A stretch of 42,746 nucleotides of DNA from Candidatus Micrarchaeota archaeon (lineage in GTDB: Archaea; B1Sed10-29), in NCBI GenBank assembly GCA_964388265.1, contig CAYLXZ010000001.1, forward strand, positions 24,068 to 66,813, written 5' to 3'. The notes under the pieces were generated by a model that saw only the letters and a list, made by a program, of their open reading frames with translations, was not told the origin of the DNA and did not search any database. A program made the position numbers and the translations under genes. Each line of letters begins with the position of its first letter. Position 1 is the first letter of the stretch. Below are positions 8,642 to 16,919 of the stretch, piece after piece.

Positions 8642-9060
8642 AGAAAGGACTAGTAATCACAGGACTAGCTTTCATAATAGCAGTCATAGTAATAGCATCA
8701 GCCAACTACCTCGTAATAAGCAACCAAAACAAGAACAAAGCCAACGTAGTTAAAATGAAGATAGACGCAGTCACCAACAGAAACCAAGACATCAAATGGA
8801 TAATAAACAACACGGTAGAAGAAGGAATAAACCAAGGAAGCAACTGCACGGAAACAACCCAAATAATCAAAAACAACCTACAACAAGCAATGGCAGATAA
8901 CCTAACCAACATAGGACCAGTGAAAACACAGACATATTCCCTAGGAACAGACAACAGCACCTGTCCATATAACTTCACAGTAAACCTAGAATACAACGTA
9001 AAAACCAATAACGAAAATATATCTATAGAAAGAACCTTCTCCGAAAACTACAACTACTAA
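8638..9060 (+). CDS. Pilin-like protein (class III signal peptide). The track ORF starts at 8629.
   Basis: MKKG/LVITGLAFIIAVIVIASA. ATG 8638 gives an ATGA overlap and correct GGAGGT spacing. Confidence 0.55.
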   Translation: MKKGLVITGLAFIIAVIVIASANYLVISNQNKNKANVVKMKIDAVTNRNQDIKWIINNTVEEGINQGSNCTETTQIIKNNLQQAMADNLTNIGPVKTQTYSLGTDNSTCPYNFTVNLEYNVKTNNENISIERTFSENYNY

Positions 9061-9092
9061 CCAGAATTAACTCAAAACCTTCTAATTAATCC

Positions 9093-9099
9093 TTTAAAT
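9093..9099 (+). promoter_or_regulatory. TATA box (tttaaat) ~26 nt upstream of ATG 9122, implying a leaderless transcript
   Basis: Position and sequence only. Confidence 0.45.
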
Positions 9100-9121
9100 C
9101 ACTCTATCTATATTTCCCCAC

Positions 9122-9451
9122 ATGGACAAATCAACAACACTAACCCTAGCAATCGCCATAACCGGCCTAATCCTACTACAAACCACCACAACCACAGACT
9201 ACCCAAATAAAACCATAAAAGAAATAAAATCAAACTGCAAAGGAAAATTCACCACACAAGGAAAGATAATAAAAACATTCTACTCCGAAAAAGGAAACTA
9301 CCTAGGCATAATCACTGGAGAAGAAGAACAAGCTCTCATAATGCTATCAGAGACCAAGACACTGCCAGGAAACCAAGTAAAAGTAAAAGGAAAAGCCTCA
9401 GGATACAGAGAACAATGTTTCCTCTTCCCAGAGAAAGTAAAGATAAAATGA
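9122..9451 (+). CDS. Membrane-anchored small beta-barrel (OB-fold-like) protein
   Basis: N-terminal TM helix plus a Thr linker, then a ~80-aa beta-rich domain (FTTQGKIIKTFYSEKGNYLGIITGEEEQALIM...VKVKGKAS). The fold assignment is by resemblance only. Confidence 0.45.
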   Translation: MDKSTTLTLAIAITGLILLQTTTTTDYPNKTIKEIKSNCKGKFTTQGKIIKTFYSEKGNYLGIITGEEEQALIMLSETKTLPGNQVKVKGKASGYREQCFLFPEKVKIK

Positions 9452-10590
9452 CCACTCCAATCACACTATCTATACTTGCAGGAACAGCCACAGGAACCGC
9501 TGCAGGGTTAATCCCAGGCCTACACACCAACAATATAGCTCCAGTGCTAATCACAGCGCCAATCGTACATCCAGGGCTATTCGCATTCATGACATCCGCA
9601 GCAGCAGGATTCACCATATCATCACACGTACCCTCAATACTCCTAGGCGCACCATCAGGAGAAAACATAGCAGTACTACCAGGACACAAACTAACAAACG
9701 CAGGAAAAGGAATAACAGCCATCTCCCTAGCACTAAAAGGCACATTCACCTCCATAATAATCACACCTATACTAGCCTCACTATTCATACTTCTAGCTCC
9801 AAAACTCTACCCACCACTATCAAGCCTCTTACCATTCATACTCATCCTAGTAACTCTGTTGGTGATCAAGAAACTACAAGGGATCTTAATAACAATCCTA
9901 TCAGCCGCAGTAGGACTAACGGTCCTGAACGGAAACACAATAATGCCGATGCTCACCGGGTTCTTCGGAACAAGCACACTCATAATCTCACTGACCAGAA
10001 ACAGGAAAATAAAGAAACAGGATCTAGAGAGCAAACCAGAATCTAAACCATGGAAAACAACGAGGTCAGCAGCACTATCCACAGCACTATCAGGGTTCTT
10101 CGGAGCAATACCAGCAGTATCAAGCGCAATAACAGCCACAGTAGGAAAAGCATTCGGAAAAATGAACAAAGAAGAATACTTATCCTTCATCGGAGCAAGC
10201 AACACAACCTACATCACAGTCTCTCTACTAGCGCTTGTAACACTAGGGAAAACCCGTTCAGGCACCACAGTAGCACTAGCAACAACCAAGTACCCACAGA
10301 ATCCCTTCACCACCACACTCATCCTAGTTACATCGCTCTCAATATCATATATAGCGATAAAATCTCTACTACCCAAGATAGCGAAGACAATGAATCAACT
10401 GAACCATAGAAAACTAACCATCACAGCCTTATGCTTCCTAGTAATACTAAACATATATCTAACAAACATCCAAGGGTTAATAGTTCTCCTAACCTCAACA
10501 TCCATAGGAATAACCACAGTTAAACTTAAAGCAAGCAGAATAAACTGCATGGCAAGCCTAACAATACCCACAGCACTACTCTTGCTCTAA
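9448..10590 (+). CDS. Polytopic membrane protein, TctA/DUF112-like transporter family
   Basis: ATGA overlap start. About 10 TM helices, with the N-terminal LAGTATGTAAGLIPGLH motif typical of DUF112/TctA. Confidence 0.6.
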   Translation: MTTPITLSILAGTATGTAAGLIPGLHTNNIAPVLITAPIVHPGLFAFMTSAAAGFTISSHVPSILLGAPSGENIAVLPGHKLTNAGKGITAISLALKGTFTSIIITPILASLFILLAPKLYPPLSSLLPFILILVTLLVIKKLQGILITILSAAVGLTVLNGNTIMPMLTGFFGTSTLIISLTRNRKIKKQDLESKPESKPWKTTRSAALSTALSGFFGAIPAVSSAITATVGKAFGKMNKEEYLSFIGASNTTYITVSLLALVTLGKTRSGTTVALATTKYPQNPFTTTLILVTSLSISYIAIKSLLPKIAKTMNQLNHRKLTITALCFLVILNIYLTNIQGLIVLLTSTSIGITTVKLKASRINCMASLTIPTALLLL

Positions 10591-10602
10591 CCACGGAAAG
10601 AG

Positions 10603-10610
10603 ATATAAAA
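10603..10610 (+). promoter_or_regulatory. TATA box (atataaaa) ~25 nt upstream of ATG 10631, implying a leaderless transcript
   Basis: Position and sequence only. Confidence 0.45.
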
Positions 10611-10630
10611 ATCCAGGAACCAAGGAAACC

Positions 10631-11002
10631 ATGGAGATAAAGGAACAGACACTTCAAGACATACTAAGAGTAGCAAAGTCCTTTCACCCAAGAGAATCAG
10701 GAGGACTACTACTAGGCCGAAAAGAAATAGACGACTACGTACTAATACCAGGGAGATTCACAGCGAACAGCGTAAGCGTGAAACTCAACCAACTGCCTAT
10801 CTACGTGAATAAACAAGGCACATTCCACAGCCATCCAACACCAAATGCCAACCCATCAAAAGCGGACCAACAGTTCTTCTCAAAGATGGGTAAATACCAT
10901 TTAATAATCGCAAAACCCTATAACGAAGAATCCGTACAAGCCTACAACAACAGAGGCGAAAAAGAAGAAATACAGATAATTAACTCGGAGGAAGAAACAT
11001 GA
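10631..11002 (+). CDS. JAMM/MPN+ metalloprotease (Mov34 family), stand-alone
   Basis: ESGG...FHSHPTPNANPSKAD matches the E-x(n)-HxH-x7-S-xx-D JAMM motif. Confidence 0.8.
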   Translation: MEIKEQTLQDILRVAKSFHPRESGGLLLGRKEIDDYVLIPGRFTANSVSVKLNQLPIYVNKQGTFHSHPTPNANPSKADQQFFSKMGKYHLIIAKPYNEESVQAYNNRGEKEEIQIINSEEET

Positions 11003-12234
11003 AGCTACTATTCACAGTCCTAGACGGAGCAGCCGGAAGACCAAACCCAGAACTAAATGGAAAAACACCCCTACAAGCAGCAGATACACCAGCATTAGAT
11101 AAAATAGGACAAACATCTAGAGCTGGACAGATGACCGTGATTCCAGATACAGCTCCAGAAAGCGATTCAGCCGTCATAGCCCTACTCGGATACAACCCAG
11201 AGAAACACTACACTGGGAGAGGACCATTGGAAGCTATTGGATCAGGAATGGGATTTGAAGATGGAGACTTAGCTCTAAGATGCAACTTTGCTACTCTCAA
11301 AGACAATGAATTAATAGATAGAAGAGTAGCAAGATCCCTAACCTCAGAAGAAACTGAGAAACTCCAGGAGATAATAAACACAGAAGTCAATCTAGACAAT
11401 ACGGAGTTCGAATTCAAGTCAACACTCGGACACAGAGGAGCACTCATCATAAAATCAGATAAAGATCTAAGTCCAAAGATAACCAACACTGATCCAGCCT
11501 ACGGTCGAAAAGGCCTTGTATCCACAGCAAAAGAAGAATACGAATCAAAACTCCAAAGATGCCAGCCAATGGAACCAGAAGCAAAAGAAACAGCCAAGAT
11601 AGTGAACGAATTCGTACAAAAAACAATAAACGCATTAAAAAACCTAGATTTGAATGAGAGAAGAAGAGAAGAAGGCAAGCTACCAGCTACAGCAGTCATA
11701 ACCAGGGACGCAGGGGTAAAAAAACCAGATTTCCCAGACATAAACAAAAGAGACAACGGAAAATGGACAATACTAGCCAACATGCCTCTAGAAAGAGGAG
11801 TAGCCAAAGGAGCTGGAATGAGCACAATAAAAGTAGAAGACGAAGAGGACTATGAAGAATGGATAAACAAAACCCTAGAAGCTATGGAGAACAACGACTA
11901 CATCTACATACACCTAAAAGGACCCGATCTGCCAGGGCACGATGGAAAACCAATAGAGAAAAAAGAAATAATAGAAGAAATAGATAAAAAATACTACTCA
12001 AAGCTACTGAATGAGATAGATAGAGAAGATGTCCTTGTATCAGTTACCTGTGACCATTCAACACCCTGCACCATTTCAGCACACAGCAGCGACCCTGTAC
12101 CCGTACTAATGTCACATCCTTCTCTAGAAGGAACACATAGGTTCGTTGAAGATCCAGGTGGAGAACTAGATTTCAAGAAAGGATCCGAGTTAATGCCTTA
12201 TCTAATGAATCTATATAGAGATCTCGGTGATTGA
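10999..12234 (+). CDS. apgM: Cofactor-independent phosphoglycerate mutase, archaeal type
   Basis: N-terminus LFTVLDGAAGRPNPELNGKTPLQAADTPALDKIG and C-terminal metal-binding CDHSTPC...HSSDPVP, about 410 aa. Confidence 0.85.
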   Translation: MKLLFTVLDGAAGRPNPELNGKTPLQAADTPALDKIGQTSRAGQMTVIPDTAPESDSAVIALLGYNPEKHYTGRGPLEAIGSGMGFEDGDLALRCNFATLKDNELIDRRVARSLTSEETEKLQEIINTEVNLDNTEFEFKSTLGHRGALIIKSDKDLSPKITNTDPAYGRKGLVSTAKEEYESKLQRCQPMEPEAKETAKIVNEFVQKTINALKNLDLNERRREEGKLPATAVITRDAGVKKPDFPDINKRDNGKWTILANMPLERGVAKGAGMSTIKVEDEEDYEEWINKTLEAMENNDYIYIHLKGPDLPGHDGKPIEKKEIIEEIDKKYYSKLLNEIDREDVLVSVTCDHSTPCTISAHSSDPVPVLMSHPSLEGTHRFVEDPGGELDFKKGSELMPYLMNLYRDLGD

Positions 12235-12882
12235 ATGACGGAACAATGGGAAGAATACTACAGAAACCTAGATGAAATACCTGAAGGTATAAAGGGAGCA
12301 AGAGGACACGTAAAAGGAATAGCAGAAGGCTTGAAGGAAGAAGGTAAGACTAGGGTACTTGACCTAGGCTGCGGGTTCGGCAGACACCTGGTATACTTAG
12401 CTGAACAAGGTTTCGATGTATCAGGAATAGATATATCCCAAGAAGCCATTGAAATGACGAAAGAAAAACTCGAGGAAGAGAACCTAGAAGCAGATGTTCA
12501 ACAAGCAGATATGAAAGACCTTCCTTTCCCGGATAGTGAATTCGACGCCGTGTTAGCTATAACCGTGATCGGTCATGCCACCAAGCCAGATATAAAGAAA
12601 ACCGTAGATGAGGTATATAGAGTTTTGAAGGATGATGGATTCTTCTATGGTAACCTACCTAGCAAAGGAGATTCTAGATACGATACAGGAAAATCAATAG
12701 AGAAAGGAGAAACCTATAGAACTAAGGAATACGGATTTGGACGTGGAATGAACGAGATACACAGTTTTTATACCAAGGAAGAGATAAAAGAACTATTCAA
12801 AGATTTCTCAGAAGTAGAAGTGGAGCTATTTACCTTGAAGGATGGTGAAATTCAGAGCTTTGAAATAAAAGCTGTTAAGTGA
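12235..12882 (+). CDS. Class I SAM-dependent methyltransferase
   Basis: Motif [12 protein letters not shown], motif II DAVLAI. Substrate unknown. Confidence 0.8.
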   Translation: MTEQWEEYYRNLDEIPEGIKGARGHVKGIAEGLKEEGKTRVLDLGCGFGRHLVYLAEQGFDVSGIDISQEAIEMTKEKLEEENLEADVQQADMKDLPFPDSEFDAVLAITVIGHATKPDIKKTVDEVYRVLKDDGFFYGNLPSKGDSRYDTGKSIEKGETYRTKEYGFGRGMNEIHSFYTKEEIKELFKDFSEVEVELFTLKDGEIQSFEIKAVK

Positions 12883-12887
12883 TTTCA

Positions 12888-13118
12888 TTATGCTTTGGAA
12901 GATTCTTTAAGAGGTAGTTTCACATTTACATCGGCTAGGTTTTCAAGGGCTACTCTTTTAGTTATGTTAAGTATTTCTATTCCAAGTAGGTTTCCTTCCT
13001 TATCTAGGTCTATAATGGTTTCTTCATCGATTTTTTTATTTTCTGCGAATTCTCCTTCTTGGAATTTTATGTACAGGGCATCGGCTTTTAGATCTAGGTT
13101 TATCTCCATTTTATTCAC
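12888..13118 (-). CDS. DUF2283-family small protein (putative antitoxin partner)
   Basis: ADALYIKF...IIDLDKEGNLLGIEILN is the DUF2283 signature. Overlaps the upstream DUF4258 gene by 8 nt. Confidence 0.65.
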   Translation of the reverse strand: MNKMEINLDLKADALYIKFQEGEFAENKKIDEETIIDLDKEGNLLGIEILNITKRVALENLADVNVKLPLKESSKA

Positions 13119-13329
13119 CCCAATGGGCTGTTATGATGATATATCTTTGGTTTTCCACCACGTAGACTACACTTATCTTTTTATCATTGATCTTTTTAAT
13201 ATTCTTCTTTCTCCCATGCCTTACTTTTAGAGATTCATCTGGGTTTAGCAAGGTTTCTTTAATCCATTCTTTCTTGATTTTTCTCTGTAGCGCTCTTGCT
13301 CTAGCATGATGAGTGAATACGATCTCCAT
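13111..13329 (-). CDS. DUF4258-family small protein (putative toxin partner)
   Basis: FTHHARARALQRKIKKEWIKETL...VVYVVENQRYIIITAH resembles DUF4258. Forms a two-gene cassette. Confidence 0.6.
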   Translation of the reverse strand: MEIVFTHHARARALQRKIKKEWIKETLLNPDESLKVRHGRKKNIKKINDKKISVVYVVENQRYIIITAHWGE

Positions 13330-13698
13330 GGGTTTCCCTCAAGATTTTTCTCTTTAGCTGGTTATTTATGGTTCTTGGAGGCATATTACTCTATTTTAAC
13401 TATTCTAAGTTAATTTATTCTGAGAAATATTCCTAAATGGAGATTAAGATTCATAGCCCACCCGAGGCTCAGAAGGTTCTTGGTGTTTGGCTTCAACAGA
13501 AAATTATTTGAATATTCAGATGAATAACTATGTTTGAGGTAAATGAGGCAAAAAAGAAGTCCTCGAGAGAATGGTGCAGAGAGACTGGGCTCGAAGCCAC
13601 TACCGATGAAGGAACCTCTGTATACCAAGTTCCAGAAGTAGGTGGTAACCATTAAAACGGTCGGAAGCCTCTTCATTGAAAAACCAGTGGTTTTTCAT

Positions 13699-13724
13699 GC
13701 ATCGAGAACCTTGTTCTCGCATGC
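13699..13724 (-). terminator. Hairpin (7-bp stem cgagaac/gttctcg with an extra 4 bp) directly downstream of ABCE1, followed on the minus strand by a T5 run
   Basis: The inverted repeat is read directly from the sequence and lies 20 nt after the ABCE1 stop. Function is inferred. Confidence 0.35.
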
Positions 13725-13743
13725 CTTCAGGAAGAGGAGGAAG

Positions 13744-15510
13744 TCACTCAACTGTGTAGTAGTACTCGCCTTTCTTTTTCTGTTCCTGGTCTTTCTGTGA
13801 GTCTTTCTTGTTTATTCTTGGCCTGCCTGTTCTTGGTTCTCGTCTCATTGTGATATTCATCTCTTCTAGGAAGTTGCTCATTCCTCTCTTCATCTTTTCA
13901 GGTGGCTCGGCGTATCCTTTCTTACCTGGTTTTCCTGTGAACCTCATTAATCTATTGGATACTAGGTCCTGGAACAGTAGGTCGTGGTCCACTACTAGTG
14001 TTGCTATTTCTCTGTCTTCAGTGACTTTCTTTATGGCTTTTGATAGCTGGAATCTTTGCTCGATATCTAGGAATGCTGATGGTTCGTCCAGTAGACATAG
14101 GTCTGCTTTCTTGCTTAGTGCCACGGCGATTGCTACTCTTTGTTTTTCTCCTCCGGATAAACTATCCAGTTGCTTTGGGTATAGGTCTTCAACTATCTTC
14201 TTGACTCTGGATTTATACGTCTTCATGTCCAGGTTTTCCCTTGTTTTGATGTACTGTTCCACTGTTATTGGTTTGTCAGGTAGGTCAACGTACTGTGGTT
14301 TATACGAGATCTCTGCGTCTATTTCTAGTTCTCCTTTTTCAGGGGTTTCTTCTCCTGCTAGTGCTTTTACGAATGTGGATTTACCGATGGCGTTTTCTCC
14401 GATTATCCCGATTACTTCTCCTTTGGTTATCTCTCCTTCTTCTGCTTCTAGTTCGAACTCTGGGTACTTCTTTGTGAATGATGGGTATTCTATCTTTTGT
14501 TCTCCTTTGTAGTGTGTTGATGGTGGTTTTTTCTCGAATGTGATATCGTAGGTTCTTATTCTGGTGTTTTCTTCCTGTAGGAATCCGTCTAGGAACTCGT
14601 TTATTCCTTTTCTGCTGGATTTGTGGGTTGATACTACTCCGTAGACTCCTGGTTTTCCGTATAGTACGTGTATGTAGTCTGTTAGGTAGTCTAGTATTGC
14701 TAGGTCGTGTTCCACTACCATCACTGTGTTTTCTTCTCCTAGTTCACGGATTAGTTTAGCTACTTTTAGTCTTTGTTTTATGTCTAGGTAGCTTGATGGC
14801 TCATCTATGAAGTAAACGTCAGCTTCTTTGACTAGGCAGGCTGCTATCGCGGTTCTCTGCAGTTCTCCTCCAGATATATCGCTTAGTTTCCTGTTCCGGC
14901 ATTTATCCAATCCAAGTTCTTTCTTGTAGTACTGTAGTTTGTCTCCTTTCTCATTGGTTTTTTCGAGTAGTTCGGATACTTTCCCTGAATAATTCTCTGG
15001 TATTTTGCTAACTACTTGTGGTTTGTATGATGTCTTTATCTCTTCTTCCTGGACTTCTTCGAGGTAGCTGGATATTTCTCGCCCGCTGAAGTAGTCGATG
15101 GCTAGGTCTAGGTCCACTTCTTCGTTGTATTTCCCCATGTTTGGTGTTAGGTGTCCTGACAGGATCTTTATGAGTGTTGATTTTCCAGTTCCGTTCGCTC
15201 CAACCAAGCCTATTACTCCTTGGTTTGGTTTGGGTAGTCCGTATATTCTGAATGCGTTCATTCCGTATCTGTGTATTGGTTGTTCTGCCTCTTCTGGTTC
15301 GTTTATTATGGATATAGCGTTGAATGGACATTTCTTCACGCATATTCCGCATCCTGTGCATAGTTCTTCATCTATCTCCGCGATGGATCCGTCTTCGCTC
15401 AGTACTATGCAGTCTTCTCCTTGTCTGTTCACGGGACAGAAGTTTATGCATTCCTTGCTGCATTTCTGAGGATGGCATTTTTCTTCTTCAACTACGGCTA
15501 TTCTGGACAT
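13744..15510 (-). CDS. abce1: ABCE1 / RNase L inhibitor-type ribosome-recycling ATPase
   Basis: N-terminal two 4Fe-4S clusters (CHPQKCSKECINFCPV, CTGCGICVKKCPF). Two ABC cassettes (GANGTGKST/SGGELQR and GENAIGKST/SGGEKQR). Confidence 0.95.
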   Translation of the reverse strand: MSRIAVVEEEKCHPQKCSKECINFCPVNRQGEDCIVLSEDGSIAEIDEELCTGCGICVKKCPFNAISIINEPEEAEQPIHRYGMNAFRIYGLPKPNQGVIGLVGANGTGKSTLIKILSGHLTPNMGKYNEEVDLDLAIDYFSGREISSYLEEVQEEEIKTSYKPQVVSKIPENYSGKVSELLEKTNEKGDKLQYYKKELGLDKCRNRKLSDISGGELQRTAIAACLVKEADVYFIDEPSSYLDIKQRLKVAKLIRELGEENTVMVVEHDLAILDYLTDYIHVLYGKPGVYGVVSTHKSSRKGINEFLDGFLQEENTRIRTYDITFEKKPPSTHYKGEQKIEYPSFTKKYPEFELEAEEGEITKGEVIGIIGENAIGKSTFVKALAGEETPEKGELEIDAEISYKPQYVDLPDKPITVEQYIKTRENLDMKTYKSRVKKIVEDLYPKQLDSLSGGEKQRVAIAVALSKKADLCLLDEPSAFLDIEQRFQLSKAIKKVTEDREIATLVVDHDLLFQDLVSNRLMRFTGKPGKKGYAEPPEKMKRGMSNFLEEMNITMRREPRTGRPRINKKDSQKDQEQKKKGEYYYTVE

Positions 15511-15589
15511 CTAGAACACTTATTAGTTTTTTGTCTGGATATACTTTACTCTAGGGGTGCTGATGAGAATGAAAAAAGGTTTGATGGCT

Positions 15590-15787
15590 TTATAGCCAGA
15601 GTAATAGAATTCCTATCACGACTAGGAATAGTCCAAGTAGTATTACTCCACCTTGTACTGTTACTATTACTGCGTCGATTAATCCAGCCATGTTCCAGCC
15701 CTTGTCCATGAAGAAGAACTGCAGCATGCCTAGGACGATTAATACACCTACTACAAGGCTTCCTATTCCGAATTTATCGATCTTCAT
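15590..15787 (-). CDS. Small two-TM membrane protein, function unknown
   Basis: 65 aa with two hydrophobic helices. Lies upstream of and co-oriented with ABCE1. Confidence 0.45.
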   Translation of the reverse strand: MKIDKFGIGSLVVGVLIVLGMLQFFFMDKGWNMAGLIDAVIVTVQGGVILLGLFLVVIGILLLWL

Positions 15788-15869
15788 TTAATCATCCTCC
15801 TTGAAGATAATTCGATTCAACTGTGTTTATTTAATTCACGAGGTATTTAAAACCTTACGGTGGATTGAG

Positions 15870-16895
15870 TTGTTCATTATAAATAGAAAGGAGAACTCCA
15901 TTACGCTGAAACCGGAGTCAGTTGAGGATCTATGGCACCTTGAAAAGATAGTTAATCCAGATGACAGAGTAGAGTCAGTTACAGAGAGAAAAAGAGAAGA
16001 GGCCTCTGGAACCAGTAGAGAGAAGATGAAGCTTGAGATCAAGGTAGAGAAAGCAGAGTTCCACAAAGGATATGGAAAACTAAAGATACTTGGCACGATC
16101 ACCGAAGGACCAGAGGAACATATATCATTCGGAGATCACCATTCATTCAAGATCGGAGAACAAGACGTCTTAACCATAAAGAAAGATAAATGGAAAAAAC
16201 ACGAGTTAAACCGAATAAAAGAAGCTCAAGAAGAAGCAAAGCAACCTAAGATCACTGTAGTTACCATGGATGAAAGAAAAGCCGAAGTATACACAATCAA
16301 GACCTATGGACTGGAGAAAAAAGCTGGAGTAAAGCTACCTGGAAAAGGGAAGTACGCTGAGAAAACCAGCAAAGAAGAAAAATATAGAGAAATTACTCAG
16401 GCTCTTGATAAGATAGATACGGATAAATACATTGTATCAGGACCAGGGTTCGAGTCAGATAACTACATGAAGCACCTGGAGCAAGAGAACCAAGATATAC
16501 ATGAAAATGCAGTGAGGATGAAGACTGAGAACATGGGAGAGAGAGGAGTATACGAGTTAATGAAGGAAGGAAAGATAGATAGATTCCTCAAGAAATCCAG
16601 ATTAAACAAAGAAACCAAAGCTATAGATGAGTTAATCAAAGAAGTGTCACGAGAACAAGGAAAGGCAACCTATGGAAAAGACGAAGTAGAGAAAGCGATT
16701 GAATACGGAGCCGTAGAAAAGCTACTTGTAATGGATGAAAAGCTATTCAAAAATGAAGAAGAGATAAGCGAGTTAATGGAGAAAACCGAACAGAAGAACG
16801 GAGAAGTAATAGTTATATCCAATGAAAACCCTGAGTCCGAGAAACTAGAGTCACTCGGAAACATAGCGGCCTTGCTGAGATATAAGATAGAGTAA
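15870..16895 (+). CDS. pelA: Pelota (Dom34 homologue), mRNA surveillance/ribosome rescue factor. The track ORF starts at TTG 15801; TTG 15870 is preferred.
   Basis: (M)FIINRKENSITLKPESVEDLWHLEKIV matches Pelota N-termini in length and motif. It has eRF1-like domains (VSGPGFESDNY). TATA atttaaaa lies at 15845-15852. Confidence 0.9.
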   Translation: MFIINRKENSITLKPESVEDLWHLEKIVNPDDRVESVTERKREEASGTSREKMKLEIKVEKAEFHKGYGKLKILGTITEGPEEHISFGDHHSFKIGEQDVLTIKKDKWKKHELNRIKEAQEEAKQPKITVVTMDERKAEVYTIKTYGLEKKAGVKLPGKGKYAEKTSKEEKYREITQALDKIDTDKYIVSGPGFESDNYMKHLEQENQDIHENAVRMKTENMGERGVYELMKEGKIDRFLKKSRLNKETKAIDELIKEVSREQGKATYGKDEVEKAIEYGAVEKLLVMDEKLFKNEEEISELMEKTEQKNGEVIVISNENPESEKLESLGNIAALLRYKIE

Positions 16896-16919
16896 TTTAT
16901 CAGTGAACCAAATCTATTT

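Noticed and set aside
630-9060. Interpretation of the locus as an archaellum operon
   Set aside because: There is no ArlH (KaiC-like), ArlF/G, ArlC/D/E or ArlX gene. The pilins are short DUF361-type proteins rather than archaellins.
13572-13650. tRNA-like 3' end (minus strand reads ...ggcttcgagccc...tctctgcacca)
   Set aside because: I could not pair a T-arm (gtggc versus ccagt fails) or find a matching 5' acceptor strand, so no cloverleaf forms. It would need tRNAscan in split/intron mode to revive.
13410-13676. 88-aa minus-strand ORF in the large intergenic gap
   Set aside because: The peptide has no motif or plausible fold signal, there is no SD or TATA in position, and the region looks non-coding.
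15801-15869. TTG 15801 as the Pelota start
   Set aside because: It would add 23 residues (KIIRFNCVYLIHEVFKTLRWIE) absent from Pelota N-termini, and it would place the TATA-like elements inside the ORF. TTG 15870 fits the family and the promoter spacing.
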